A DNA stretch of 56,160 nt from a candidate division WOR-3 bacterium (GTDB lineage Bacteria > Hydrothermota > Hydrothermia > B15-G9 > WFZT01). Below, in pieces: positions 1-9,368 of the stretch. The first letter of the stretch is position 1; each line of letters opens with the position of its first letter. The stretch is taken from contig JALUEE010000017.1 in the NCBI GenBank assembly GCA_027053075.1, forward strand, positions 1-56,160, read 5' to 3'. Under the pieces are notes generated by a model that had not been told where the DNA came from, made no database searches, and saw only the letters and a program-made list of their open reading frames with translations. A program made the position numbers and the translations under genes.

Positions 1-174
1 AGGCACATATATGTGAGCACATGGAGAATAGCGCATTTGTTATTCATGAGGTTGGTAACCGCGATGAGGATAATGGAATACAGGATGTATAAATATTCAT
101 TTGCTTAAAAAACATGGGTGATGTCAGGGCCTTCGGCCCACCCCTCCCCCATTCTTTAAAATTTCAAAATTTCA

Positions 175-1341
175 TCACCACGGAGGAGTTACAACATCAG
201 GATCAGCTATTATCCCGTAATAATGAAATGCTCCGTTCTTCACAATCTGCACCTGAACAGGCTTTACAACCTCTCTTCCCTGAGTGAAGCGGTAAAGCAC
301 TCCAGTAGCAAGTACTTCATTCTGAAGTGACTGAAGTGCCTCTCTTATCTTCGCAGGATTTGTGCTCTTTGCTTTTTTGATGGCCTTCGCAAGGAGCATC
401 ACCGCATCGTAGGAGGATGCACCCACCATGTCAGGGTCCTCGTTGTACTTCGCTTTGAAATTCTTGATGAAGTTTTGTGTGATAGAGCTCAGGTCATCCC
501 TGTTCAGGTTCGTCGTAATAATCACACCATTTGCTGCGTCTCCGGCAAGCTCGAGAAATTTAGGGGAATCGTATCCTTCTTCGCCGAGAATCTGAATATT
601 CCATCCCATCTGCTTTACCTGTCTTGCGATCTGGGCAGCCTCGTTGTAGTAAGCCGTTGCAATAAGAAGGTCAGGTTTTTCTGCCTTTGCCGCTGTGAGA
701 AGAGGAGAGAAGTCCTTCTCTCCGATAGGGTATGTTTTCTCGTAAACGATCTTGGCACCACCGAGCTGGCGGATTCTCATTTTGACACCTTCTGCGAGGG
801 AGCGGCCGTAATCGTTGTCAATAACAAGGAGGGCAATCCTCTTTGCACGGAGGAATTTCAGTGCCACCTCTCCCATGGCCTTACCTTCAACTGTGCCGAG
901 GAAGCCATTTCTGAAAATGTAGTTCCCGGCCTTTGTTATCTCAGGGTGCACTGCATAAGCTGAAATCATGGGGATTTTAAACTGCTGGAATATGGGGGCT
1001 GCTGCTCTGGTGGGACCCGAGTAAGAGCCGCTAACAGCGGCAACTACCTTATCCTTTGTGACAAGTTTACGTGCAATGGCAACAGCCTCTGAGGATTTAA
1101 CACGATCGTCATAGTTGACAAGCACAACCTTTTTGCCGAGGAGGCCGCCATTTTTGTTGATCTCTTCGACTGCAAGTTTCGCCCCACGGAGGGCCGAGAG
1201 ACCATCAGCCGCGGCAAAACCCGTCAAAGGAGAGAAAAATCCAATCTTTATTACACCATCAGCCTTTGAGAATCCGGGTTTTGCCCAGCCTATTCCACCC
1301 ACAAGTCCTGCTACCAGTACCAGCGCAAGTAACTTCTTCAT
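175..1341 (-). CDS. Branched-chain amino acid ABC transporter substrate-binding protein (LivJ/LivK family)
   Basis: Signal peptide; IKIGFFSPLTG, GAKLAVEEIN..GG.LGKKV, YDAVMLLAKAI motifs; GGAGG RBS. Confidence 0.93.
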   Translation of the reverse strand: MKKLLALVLVAGLVGGIGWAKPGFSKADGVIKIGFFSPLTGFAAADGLSALRGAKLAVEEINKNGGLLGKKVVLVNYDDRVKSSEAVAIARKLVTKDKVVAAVSGSYSGPTRAAAPIFQQFKIPMISAYAVHPEITKAGNYIFRNGFLGTVEGKAMGEVALKFLRAKRIALLVIDNDYGRSLAEGVKMRIRQLGGAKIVYEKTYPIGEKDFSPLLTAAKAEKPDLLIATAYYNEAAQIARQVKQMGWNIQILGEEGYDSPKFLELAGDAANGVIITTNLNRDDLSSITQNFIKNFKAKYNEDPDMVGASSYDAVMLLAKAIKKAKSTNPAKIREALQSLQNEVLATGVLYRFTQGREVVKPVQVQIVKNGAFHYYGIIADPDVVTPPW

Positions 1342-1393
1342 CTTATCACCTCCTGGTTGAATTTTACCTTTCTACATCAAACCTGTCAAATAG

Positions 1394-2980
1394 CTAAATA
1401 TCAACGGGAATTCTAACAACTCTACCCGGTTTGATCTGTTTCGGGTCTTTGATCCTGTTGACTTTCATTATCTTTGACACACTTACACCATACCTTGCCG
1501 AAATAGCGTATAGTGTGTCACCCTTCCTGATGCGATATTTAATAAGCTTCGTCTTACGGCGTTTTGCTTTTGTGTACCTTTTAACTTTTGCCCCTTGCTT
1601 AAAAACGATAAGTTTATGCCCGGGTCTTATCCTGCTACTCCTGAGATGATTCCATCTTTTGAGCTGAGCAACAGTTACACCAAATTTTCTTGCAATTCGT
1701 TTGAGCGTGTCTCCCCTTTTCACTCTGTAATAGACCACCCTTGTCTCGTGGTTCTTATTAACAATCTTGAGGTTCACATTTTCAGCCATATACTGGGCAT
1801 AACCTTCGCTTATGGGGATGACAAGAATCCTCCCCCTCCGTATACGCCGGGGATTACGTATTCTATTCACCCTCATCAACTCACGAACACTCACACCGTA
1901 CCTTCTGGCAATTACGTAAAGGTTTTCGCCCCTTCTAACCCTGTGATACGTAATGGTGTACCACTTTCGCCTCGGAGTATTTTGCATTGCGGCAACAAAA
2001 CGGTCCTTCGTGCCAGGTGGAATTCGAAGGTAATAGTTTTTGTAGTATGGGGGCGCCATTCCACGTTTAAAGGAGAGGTTATACTTGATCATTTCGCCAA
2101 TAGGAACGCCTGCCCACTTAGCCGCGACATCCAGGGATACCGGTCCAGGCATTCTGACTGAATCATAAACAAATGGGTCGGCAGTAGTTTTGAGCCTGAT
2201 CCCATATAGCTCGGGATGGCTTAAAACCGTAAGAACTGCAAAGAACTGCGGCACATAATTTCTCGTTTCTCGTGGTAATCTACGCTTGAGCTTCCAGAAA
2301 TTATCGGTTCTCATGCGCCTGATCTTTCTCTGGAGCTTTCCTTCTCCGTAATTGTAAGCTGTCAGGGCAAGGTCCCATTTACCAAAGATCTGGTATAATG
2401 TTTTGAGGTACTTAACAGCTGCATCCGTTGATTTTATCGGGTCTCTTCTCTCGTCTATCCACCAATTAACAGTGAGTCCAAATTTTCTCGCACTACCCGG
2501 AATAAACTGCCAGACCCCAACGGCGCCAGCTCGGGAACGTGCAAGGGGCTTAAACCCACTTTCAATAACAGGAAGATAGGCAAGTTCCTCTGGCAAACCA
2601 GCTTCCCTGAGCTTTTTCCGAATAATCGGAAGATATGGTGCTCCTCTCTCGATAGATTTCTCAAGCCATCTACGGCCAAAGGGATTTTTGCCGTAGTATC
2701 TAATCCACTTAGCAATCTCCCTGCGGTTGTCTGGAATCTCGATCCCCAGCTTCTTCTCCTCGGTCTCAACGTATTTCTTTTCCTTTGGAGAGAGTTTGGC
2801 ATTTTTGACACCCTTTAGTTTGGGCTCTTTGATCTCCGGCAGGAGTGTGTCCGGGATCTCAACGGGAACAAGTACAACTCCATCGTCCGAGACCCCGTGA
2901 TAGTATGGCGTAATGGAACAGGAAGTCAGTAAAAAAGCAAGTATAAGGACAATAGGTAAAATTTTTAGTGGCAGTTTCAT
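1394..2980 (-). CDS. mltD: Membrane-bound lytic murein transglycosylase D-like (SLT + 3 LysM), lipoprotein
   Basis: Lipobox LTSC; LPVIESGF, AGAVGVWQFIP, AYNYGEG, PRETRNYV; three LysM repeats. Confidence 0.92.
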   Translation of the reverse strand: MKLPLKILPIVLILAFLLTSCSITPYYHGVSDDGVVLVPVEIPDTLLPEIKEPKLKGVKNAKLSPKEKKYVETEEKKLGIEIPDNRREIAKWIRYYGKNPFGRRWLEKSIERGAPYLPIIRKKLREAGLPEELAYLPVIESGFKPLARSRAGAVGVWQFIPGSARKFGLTVNWWIDERRDPIKSTDAAVKYLKTLYQIFGKWDLALTAYNYGEGKLQRKIRRMRTDNFWKLKRRLPRETRNYVPQFFAVLTVLSHPELYGIRLKTTADPFVYDSVRMPGPVSLDVAAKWAGVPIGEMIKYNLSFKRGMAPPYYKNYYLRIPPGTKDRFVAAMQNTPRRKWYTITYHRVRRGENLYVIARRYGVSVRELMRVNRIRNPRRIRRGRILVIPISEGYAQYMAENVNLKIVNKNHETRVVYYRVKRGDTLKRIARKFGVTVAQLKRWNHLRSSRIRPGHKLIVFKQGAKVKRYTKAKRRKTKLIKYRIRKGDTLYAISARYGVSVSKIMKVNRIKDPKQIKPGRVVRIPVDI

Positions 2981-3462
2981 TAAAGCTTGTATCCTATTTT
3001 CCTCAGGAAGTCTTTTCTCCAGGCAATATCCTCATCGCCTTCAACGCCAAGAGGTGGCTCTCCATCAATTACCCCAAGAATACCTCTTCCTTGCTCGGTC
3101 TCAGCAATTATCACCTCTAAAGGATTGGCTGTAGCCGCGTAGATATTCACCACCTCATCAACATTTTTCACCGCCTTCATCACGTTGATAGGATAGGCAT
3201 TTCGAAGAAGAATAATGAAAGAATGGCCTGCTCCAATATTAAGGGCATTTTTCTTTGCAAGCTCAACAAGCTCCTCATCGTTTCCGGTCCATCTAACAAG
3301 CCTCTTTCCCGAAGATTCACAGAAGGCGAGACCAAATTTTATGCCGGGAACACTTGTTACAAGTGCCTCGTGCAGGTCTTCAACTGTTTTAATAAAATGA
3401 GACTGCCCAAGAATTAGGTTGACCTCCTCGGGCTTCTCTACTTTTACAACTTTAAGCTCCAT
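2980..3462 (-). CDS. Adenosine-specific kinase family protein (DUF355)
   Basis: [40 protein letters not shown], terminal GYKL. Confidence 0.88.
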   Translation of the reverse strand: MELKVVKVEKPEEVNLILGQSHFIKTVEDLHEALVTSVPGIKFGLAFCESSGKRLVRWTGNDEELVELAKKNALNIGAGHSFIILLRNAYPINVMKAVKNVDEVVNIYAATANPLEVIIAETEQGRGILGVIDGEPPLGVEGDEDIAWRKDFLRKIGYKL

Positions 3463-3480
3463 AACAGAACCTCCTTTTTA

Positions 3481-4305
3481 TCAGCCTTTTTTCAGGTCTT
3501 TAAGGTAAAAACTGTGCTCCGGTGCAGGGAATTTACCGGACTTCACTTCTTCAATGTATTCCTTCGTGGCTTCAATGATTTCTCTACCAAGCTCACGATA
3601 CCTTTTAACAAATCTTGGTTTTATGTCCTCAAAAATTCCAAGGTAATCATGAAAGACAAGTACCTGGCCATCAGTGTACGGGCCAGCTCCAATACCGATA
3701 GTGGGAACAGAAATGGACTCGGTAATCTCCTTTGCCACCTCAACAGGTACACTCTCGAGTACAATGGAAAAAACACCCGCCTCTTCAATGGCCTTTGCAT
3801 CGTTCTTAAGCCTCTCGATTTCCTTATCAGTCCTTCCCTGAACTCTGTAGCCACCGAAGACATTAACCGATTGGGGAGTTAGCCCTATATGACCCATCAC
3901 CGGTATTCCAATTGAAACGAGCTCTTCAATGAGATCAGCTATTCTCTCACCGCCCTCGAGCTTAACCGCATCGGCTCCGCATTCTTTGAGCATAAGACCG
4001 GCGTTAAAAATCGCATCCTGCCTGCTCACCTGATATGAGAGGAAAGGCATATCTGCTATAACCATTGCGCGGGTTACACCTCGTCTCACAGCCTTTACAT
4101 GGTAAATCATCTCTTCAACGGTAACGGGAAGGGTTGTTTCATTACCCTGAATCACCATCCCGAGAGAATCACCAACAAGAATCGCGTCAATTCCAGCCTG
4201 ATCCAGGAGCTTTGCCGTAGGATAATCGTAGGCTGTCAGCATCGTGATTTTCTCACCATCTCTCTTCTTCTTAAGAAATGTCCTGACAGTTACTCTCTTT
4301 ACCAC
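3481..4305 (-). CDS. panB: 3-methyl-2-oxobutanoate hydroxymethyltransferase
   Basis: MLTAYDY, ILVGDSLGM, ADMPF, VKLEGG, GHIGLTPQ, GIGAG..DGQVLV. Confidence 0.97.
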   Translation of the reverse strand: MVKRVTVRTFLKKKRDGEKITMLTAYDYPTAKLLDQAGIDAILVGDSLGMVIQGNETTLPVTVEEMIYHVKAVRRGVTRAMVIADMPFLSYQVSRQDAIFNAGLMLKECGADAVKLEGGERIADLIEELVSIGIPVMGHIGLTPQSVNVFGGYRVQGRTDKEIERLKNDAKAIEEAGVFSIVLESVPVEVAKEITESISVPTIGIGAGPYTDGQVLVFHDYLGIFEDIKPRFVKRYRELGREIIEATKEYIEEVKSGKFPAPEHSFYLKDLKKG

Positions 4306-4883
4306 TCTTTTACCTCCACATCCTGTGATTCTCCCTTCTCCGGTAGCTCAAATGATGAGGTATCCACTGTGATAAATTGTACACCGTCTTTTAGATTCTT
4401 AACTGTCTCGATGAGGAGTCCACCGTAAATCTTACGTTTTACTGTCACTTTATTGTCCTCCGGGCTGAGCGAAACGTATAGTCCGCCACCGAGATAACCG
4501 GCATCCATCTCCTGAGCAAGGTATGGGAATAATTCTCGCGCTTTCCCCTGCAAATCGCCGATAATAACAAAGGGCTTTGTCTCTGAGATAAACTCACGTA
4601 GAAATTCCAGTAACCCCTGAGCAGAATCCATCTTTTTCACATGTATTTTAGAAACAGGGAACTGCCGCGCCATTTCTACGATTTCATCGCTCACTTTCCC
4701 CGCAAGAACCACGTTTACAGGATGTCCAAGCTCTTCCTTCAAACTCAATGCTGGAGCCAGCATCTTCAGTCTCTCTTCGGGCTCATTATCGTCAAAAAAT
4801 TCCATAAAAACGTATATTCCGTAATTTTCCTCTGATTCTTCAACACCCCAAAAGGCTTCCCAGCCGCCTAATTCTTCTTGCAT
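4299..4883 (-). CDS. Stand-alone electron transfer flavoprotein alpha-subunit N-terminal-domain protein
   Basis: IYVFME, VNVVLAG, RELFPYLA, RKIYGG, QFITV pattern of EtfA domain I; ATG at 4883 with GGAGG RBS; no FAD-binding C-terminal domain. Confidence 0.65.
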   Translation of the reverse strand: MQEELGGWEAFWGVEESEENYGIYVFMEFFDDNEPEERLKMLAPALSLKEELGHPVNVVLAGKVSDEIVEMARQFPVSKIHVKKMDSAQGLLEFLREFISETKPFVIIGDLQGKARELFPYLAQEMDAGYLGGGLYVSLSPEDNKVTVKRKIYGGLLIETVKNLKDGVQFITVDTSSFELPEKGESQDVEVKEW

Positions 4884-4934
4884 TTCAATACCTCCATTTT
4901 TCTTTATTTTTAGCCATATATGACATGATTTCAA

Positions 4935-5978
4935 CTATTTGACGATAAATGGTCTCGGCGTAAAGGTAAGGATGAACACAAGAATTGAAAATAGCCCGAT
5001 GGCAAGCCTCTTTTTATCAAGCCTCGATACCTCGTTGAGAGGCGCCGGATGCCGAATTCCGAGGATCACTACGAGAATAGCCCACGTCCACCATCCGGCC
5101 CAGAGAAATCCAAGAGCGATGAGGGCGATAAAAGAAACATACGCTATCTTAGCATGGTGCTTGCCAAACAGGGCAAATGCAATGTGCCCTCCATCGAGCT
5201 GACCAATGGGAATGAGATTCAGGCCTGTTACAAAAAATCCTATCCACCCGGCAAATGCCATTGGATGAAGATACAGGTCCATACTCTGGGGAACATGGAG
5301 CCCTGCGGCGAATTCAAGGAGCTTAAAAATTAATGGCTCACCCAAAAATAGACCCGGAGCGCCCGACTTCGGTACAATAGCTGAAAGCTTAAGACCTATA
5401 ATGGTTATTGGTAGAGCCACTAGAAATCCCGTAATAGGACCTGCTGCACCAATATCAAGTAAAGCTCGCCTCGATGGAATTGGTGATTTTATTTTGATAA
5501 AAGCACCAAGTGTCCCTACAAGTGGATGGGGCACAGGAATAAAATAGGGCAGAGTTGCCTTTACTCTGTGGATCCTCGAAAGGGTGTAATGACCAAGCTC
5601 GTGACTCCCAAGAATAGCTATAAGGGATAGAGAGAAAGGCAAGCCATAAATGAGGTTTGCTGGATCAGAGAGGGGATTTTTACCGGCATGAAAAGCACCC
5701 ACCGCAAGGGTTGTCAGCACCGTTAAGAGAAAAAGTATTAAATTAATCCAGTAATTGCTTCTTCCTGTATCCACGCCCTTCCTTACAAAGATTTCATAAA
5801 GCCCCTCACGATTCTGCCTTATCATAGGCCAGTAATTTGCCTCAAGTAGCTCCTTTGATAGGGCTTCAGCTTCCCTGTCCGGGTCAGTTCTAAACCAACC
5901 GACAAAATAAACACCGTCATCCACTTCAAACTCGCCGGTGGGAACAAAGTATTTATAAACAATCGGGGCCAAATCCAT
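4935..5978 (-). CDS. Site-2 protease (peptidase M50) family membrane metalloprotease
   Basis: HELGH, AAGP, NLIPIGQLDGGH; multiple TM helices. Confidence 0.93.
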   Translation of the reverse strand: MDLAPIVYKYFVPTGEFEVDDGVYFVGWFRTDPDREAEALSKELLEANYWPMIRQNREGLYEIFVRKGVDTGRSNYWINLILFLLTVLTTLAVGAFHAGKNPLSDPANLIYGLPFSLSLIAILGSHELGHYTLSRIHRVKATLPYFIPVPHPLVGTLGAFIKIKSPIPSRRALLDIGAAGPITGFLVALPITIIGLKLSAIVPKSGAPGLFLGEPLIFKLLEFAAGLHVPQSMDLYLHPMAFAGWIGFFVTGLNLIPIGQLDGGHIAFALFGKHHAKIAYVSFIALIALGFLWAGWWTWAILVVILGIRHPAPLNEVSRLDKKRLAIGLFSILVFILTFTPRPFIVK

Positions 5979-6207
5979 GGGTTTAAATTAACCTTCTTAC
6001 GCCAATCTTTCAATAAAAGACACGGCTCTTTACCACCATCTGCCTTAAAAATCTGGCCGTCAAAGAGAAGAGCCTTTAACATTAGTGCATGACAAATTCA
6101 GGGAACACGGGGATTTACAAAAAATTGTTGACATTATCAGACGGGGTGTTCACCATTAATAAGTGTCGAGTCTTTATCGGGAGGTTGAAATGTATGATTT
6201 ATTAAGC

Positions 6208-6252
6208 TTTTTCACAGATTCTTTATTAGACCCTTCAATCAGGTTTTCCACA
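6208..6252 (+). promoter_or_regulatory. DnaA-box-like sites upstream of dnaA
   Basis: TTTTTCACA (6208-6216) and TTTTCCACA (6244-6252) vs consensus TTWTNCACA. Confidence 0.6.
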
Positions 6253-6280
6253 CCTATGTTGAAAAAAGGAGGTTTCGTTT

Positions 6281-7633
6281 ATGACAAGAAGTTTAAGTGA
6301 GCTGGATAGAGCTACTGAAATCTGGCAAAATGCCTCAAAAATACTAAAAGAATTAGTTGGGGACAAGGCCTTCAGGGCCTGGTTCTCAGATCTTCAGCCC
6401 CTTGGCTTGATGGATGATACTCTATATCTGGGGGCGCCCAATGAATTTTACATAGAATGGGTGGAGCATCATTACCTTGATAAAGTAAAAAAGGCTGTGG
6501 AGCTTGTTAGTGATGATAAAGTTTCTGTAAACTTCACTCTCCAGGAAGGTGAAGAAATTATGACCGATAAAAACAACGAGACCCCTGTCTCCGGCGATAA
6601 GTTCAAAAAGTTCAGACTCCTGAAGCATCTGACCTTTAATAACTTCGTTGTGGGACCTCCAAATGAGTTCGCTTACAAAAGCTCCCTTGAGGTAGCGAAA
6701 AATCCTGTGAGAAAGTTCAATCCTCTTTACATCTATGGCCCTTCAGGTGTCGGTAAAACACACCTGCTACATGCAATTGGAAACTACATCGTGGTCAATT
6801 CCCGAACCGATTACAAAATCCTTTACCTGACTGCCGAGGAATTCCTCAACAAGATGATAAATGCTATAAAAACCAAGACCATGATCAAATTCAAAGCCCA
6901 GATTCGAGACATTGACATACTTTTGATTGACGAAATCCAGTTTTTAAACTCGAAGCCGATGATTCAGGAGGAGATATTTCACACCATAGATTCACTTATG
7001 AGGTCCAACAAACAGGTGATCATGGCTGCTGATAGAAGCCCAGAGGAGATTGATTCCCTTGACGACAGAATCAGGACGAGAATGAGGTCAGGCCTTGTTG
7101 CCGAGATAAAGCCCGTGGACTTTGAGCTCAGAAAAAAATACATTAAGGAACGGATTGAAAAGGAAAATATCCTGCTCAGAGAAGAGCATGTGGACTATAT
7201 CGCCTACAAACCCATTAAAAGCATCAGAGACCTCGAAGGCATCATAAATGCCCTAAAGGCAAAGCAGGAGTTTGACAATCGTGAGATCACACGTCACTTT
7301 CTGGTGGATCTCTTGAAGACTTTTAACAATGATGAAAGCATTGTTGAGATAGATGAACTACTCAAGGTGGTTTCAGACGTATTCAATGTACCAAAGGAAT
7401 TAATCGTTGGAAAAACAAGAAAAGCAGCTGTCATGCGGGCAAGACACGCACTTGTCTACGTTGCCAGGGTAAAGCTCAACGTTCCATACAAAAAACTCGG
7501 ACGTGCACTCGGAGGAAGAGATCACTCGACAATTATCCACAGCTTTGAGCAGGGCAAATTCCTGTTTTACACAGACCCGGAATTCAAGGAAAACATAAAC
7601 ACAGTGATGGATCTCCTGTTTGGTGAGAAATGA
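6281..7633 (+). CDS. dnaA: Chromosomal replication initiator protein
   Basis: TFNNFVVG, NPLYIYGPSGVGKTHLL, LLIDEIQ, QEEIFHT, GGRDHSTI. Confidence 0.98.
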   Translation: MTRSLSELDRATEIWQNASKILKELVGDKAFRAWFSDLQPLGLMDDTLYLGAPNEFYIEWVEHHYLDKVKKAVELVSDDKVSVNFTLQEGEEIMTDKNNETPVSGDKFKKFRLLKHLTFNNFVVGPPNEFAYKSSLEVAKNPVRKFNPLYIYGPSGVGKTHLLHAIGNYIVVNSRTDYKILYLTAEEFLNKMINAIKTKTMIKFKAQIRDIDILLIDEIQFLNSKPMIQEEIFHTIDSLMRSNKQVIMAADRSPEEIDSLDDRIRTRMRSGLVAEIKPVDFELRKKYIKERIEKENILLREEHVDYIAYKPIKSIRDLEGIINALKAKQEFDNREITRHFLVDLLKTFNNDESIVEIDELLKVVSDVFNVPKELIVGKTRKAAVMRARHALVYVARVKLNVPYKKLGRALGGRDHSTIIHSFEQGKFLFYTDPEFKENINTVMDLLFGEK

Positions 7634-7735
7634 ATTTCACAGGATTTCCACACGCGATAAGTCAGAGTACCAAGAGGACATTTCCAATTTCTCAACAGCC
7701 TATTACTACAACTTCAAGTTTATTTTTAAAAGACT
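7633..7735 (+). other. oriC: Replication origin oriC (unwinding region)
   Basis: DnaA-box-like AATTTCACA 7633, ATTTCCACA 7644 and TTCTCAACA 7689, followed by GCC, DnaA-trios TATTACTACAAC and an AT-rich tract; lies between dnaA and dnaN. Confidence 0.8.
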
Positions 7736-7753
7736 ATTGTGGAGGAATTTGAT

Positions 7754-8848
7754 ATGAAATTTGTCGTGGACAAAATGCTTTTTGAGAGAGCTTTGACAGA
7801 AGTCGCCAAAGCATTACCTCTCAGAACCACACTGCCAATTCTCAATAACATCCTTTTTGAGGTAAAAGACGGCACACTCTATCTCTCTGCCACGAATCTT
7901 GATTTCTCAATCAGAAGCTGGCTTCCCGTATTTGATGCAGAGGATGGTGCTTTTACCCTTCCCGGTAAGCTTATTTTGAATATGGTTCAAACCTTACCAC
8001 CGATGACGATCACTTTCGAGCACACCTCGGGTGCGACGAGAATGAGCACGGAAAAGGGTGTGTTTACCCTCGCCGGACTGGACCCCGAAGATTTCCCTAC
8101 GTTTAAGACCTTTGAAGGTGATGATGGCATAACTCTTCCAACTGAAGCTTTGATCCGCGGAAGTAACTATGTTTCTTTCTGCGCCGCAAGAGAGGATGCA
8201 AGAGCTTTCCTTACAGGTATACTGCTCGACTTGAGGGAAAATGAAGTTCGGCTTGTTGCAACTGACTCTCACAAACTCGGTCTCTGGAAGAAGTCCATTG
8301 ATCTCAATATTCAGACCCAGGCTATAGTCCCAAGGCATACCTTTGAATACCTGAAATCCAAAGACGAAGAGACAGCAAATATCAGATTTTCAAAGGACTC
8401 AATGGGCCTATTTTTCAAAGATTCCTTTTTGATTACGAGACAGATTGAGGGCCCATATCCTCCTTATGATGACATTATTCCCGGAGAATCTGAAAATGTG
8501 GCAGTTTTGCCGAGAGATGAATTCCTGAGCACCCTGAAAAGACTGTCTCTTTTTACCTCAGGCCCAACGTATCTTTTGAATATTTATTTCTCCCCTCAGG
8601 GTCTGAGGATGAAAGCTTCTTCACCGGATGTCGGTGAGGGTGAAGAAACTGTACCTGCAGAATTTACCGGTGAGCCTATGGAGCTTGCCTTCAACGTGCA
8701 GTATCTTCTTGAAATTATAAGAAAGTTGGATTCAGAGCAGGTCAAGATAAGTATCTACAACGCTTCAACGGCCATAAAGATTGAGCCAGTGGGCTTTGAA
8801 GAGGGAGAGGAGTTGCTCTATCTCCTGATGCCCATAAAGCTTGATTGA
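7754..8848 (+). CDS. dnaN: DNA polymerase III beta sliding clamp
   Basis: TTLPILNNIL, LSATNLD, VATDSHKL, IEGPYPPY, AFNVQYL, LLMPIK; follows dnaA; GGAGG RBS before ATG 7754. Confidence 0.97.
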   Translation: MKFVVDKMLFERALTEVAKALPLRTTLPILNNILFEVKDGTLYLSATNLDFSIRSWLPVFDAEDGAFTLPGKLILNMVQTLPPMTITFEHTSGATRMSTEKGVFTLAGLDPEDFPTFKTFEGDDGITLPTEALIRGSNYVSFCAAREDARAFLTGILLDLRENEVRLVATDSHKLGLWKKSIDLNIQTQAIVPRHTFEYLKSKDEETANIRFSKDSMGLFFKDSFLITRQIEGPYPPYDDIIPGESENVAVLPRDEFLSTLKRLSLFTSGPTYLLNIYFSPQGLRMKASSPDVGEGEETVPAEFTGEPMELAFNVQYLLEIIRKLDSEQVKISIYNASTAIKIEPVGFEEGEELLYLLMPIKLD

Positions 8849-8872
8849 TGAAATTTAAGTGGTTTTGATGAA

Positions 8873-8918
8873 GAGGAGCGGGGGCCCCTTCGGGGCCCCC
8901 GCTCCTCATATCTTTTTA
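8873..8918 (+). terminator. Intrinsic terminator-like hairpin after dnaN
   Basis: Perfect 16-bp stem GAGGAGCGGGGGCCCC/GGGGCCCCCGCTCCTC (8873-8907), then T-rich tract. Confidence 0.75.
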
Positions 8919-9368
8919 GGTTTTTGAATCGCGAAACAAGGCACATCTGATACCTCCAGAGGAAACTGAGTCCCCACTTATCCAAATCATCCTCCCGCGT
9001 AAATTTTAGAGAGGGATGCAAAAGTGGGGACTACATCATCAAGCCTTTCGAGTAAAATTAGAGCTTACAAACTTTCACCCTATGAAAATCGTGGTAGAGG
9101 AAAAATTCTCAAAAATAGCAGAATGCCTTGTTTCTTCCCCAACCATTTTGTGAGATGGGTCACATTTTTAAACAAATCCACATCTTGAAATTTTACATGC
9201 CTCACCCCTGAAAGGCACCACATCCCTAATCTAATGACAATATCAGCACTTTGACTGCCTGAAAATACACTCTCTACCTTAGGTAAAGATTCCACATCAA
9301 GCTATGTTCAGTTACCACCTGAAACTCATTTGGAAATCACGGAGGTGAGTTGACTTCCATTCCACAGC

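Noticed and set aside
5822..6082. 86-aa ORF upstream of dnaA as rpmH or rnpA
   Set aside because: No L34 or RnpA motifs; overlaps the site-2 protease gene out of frame
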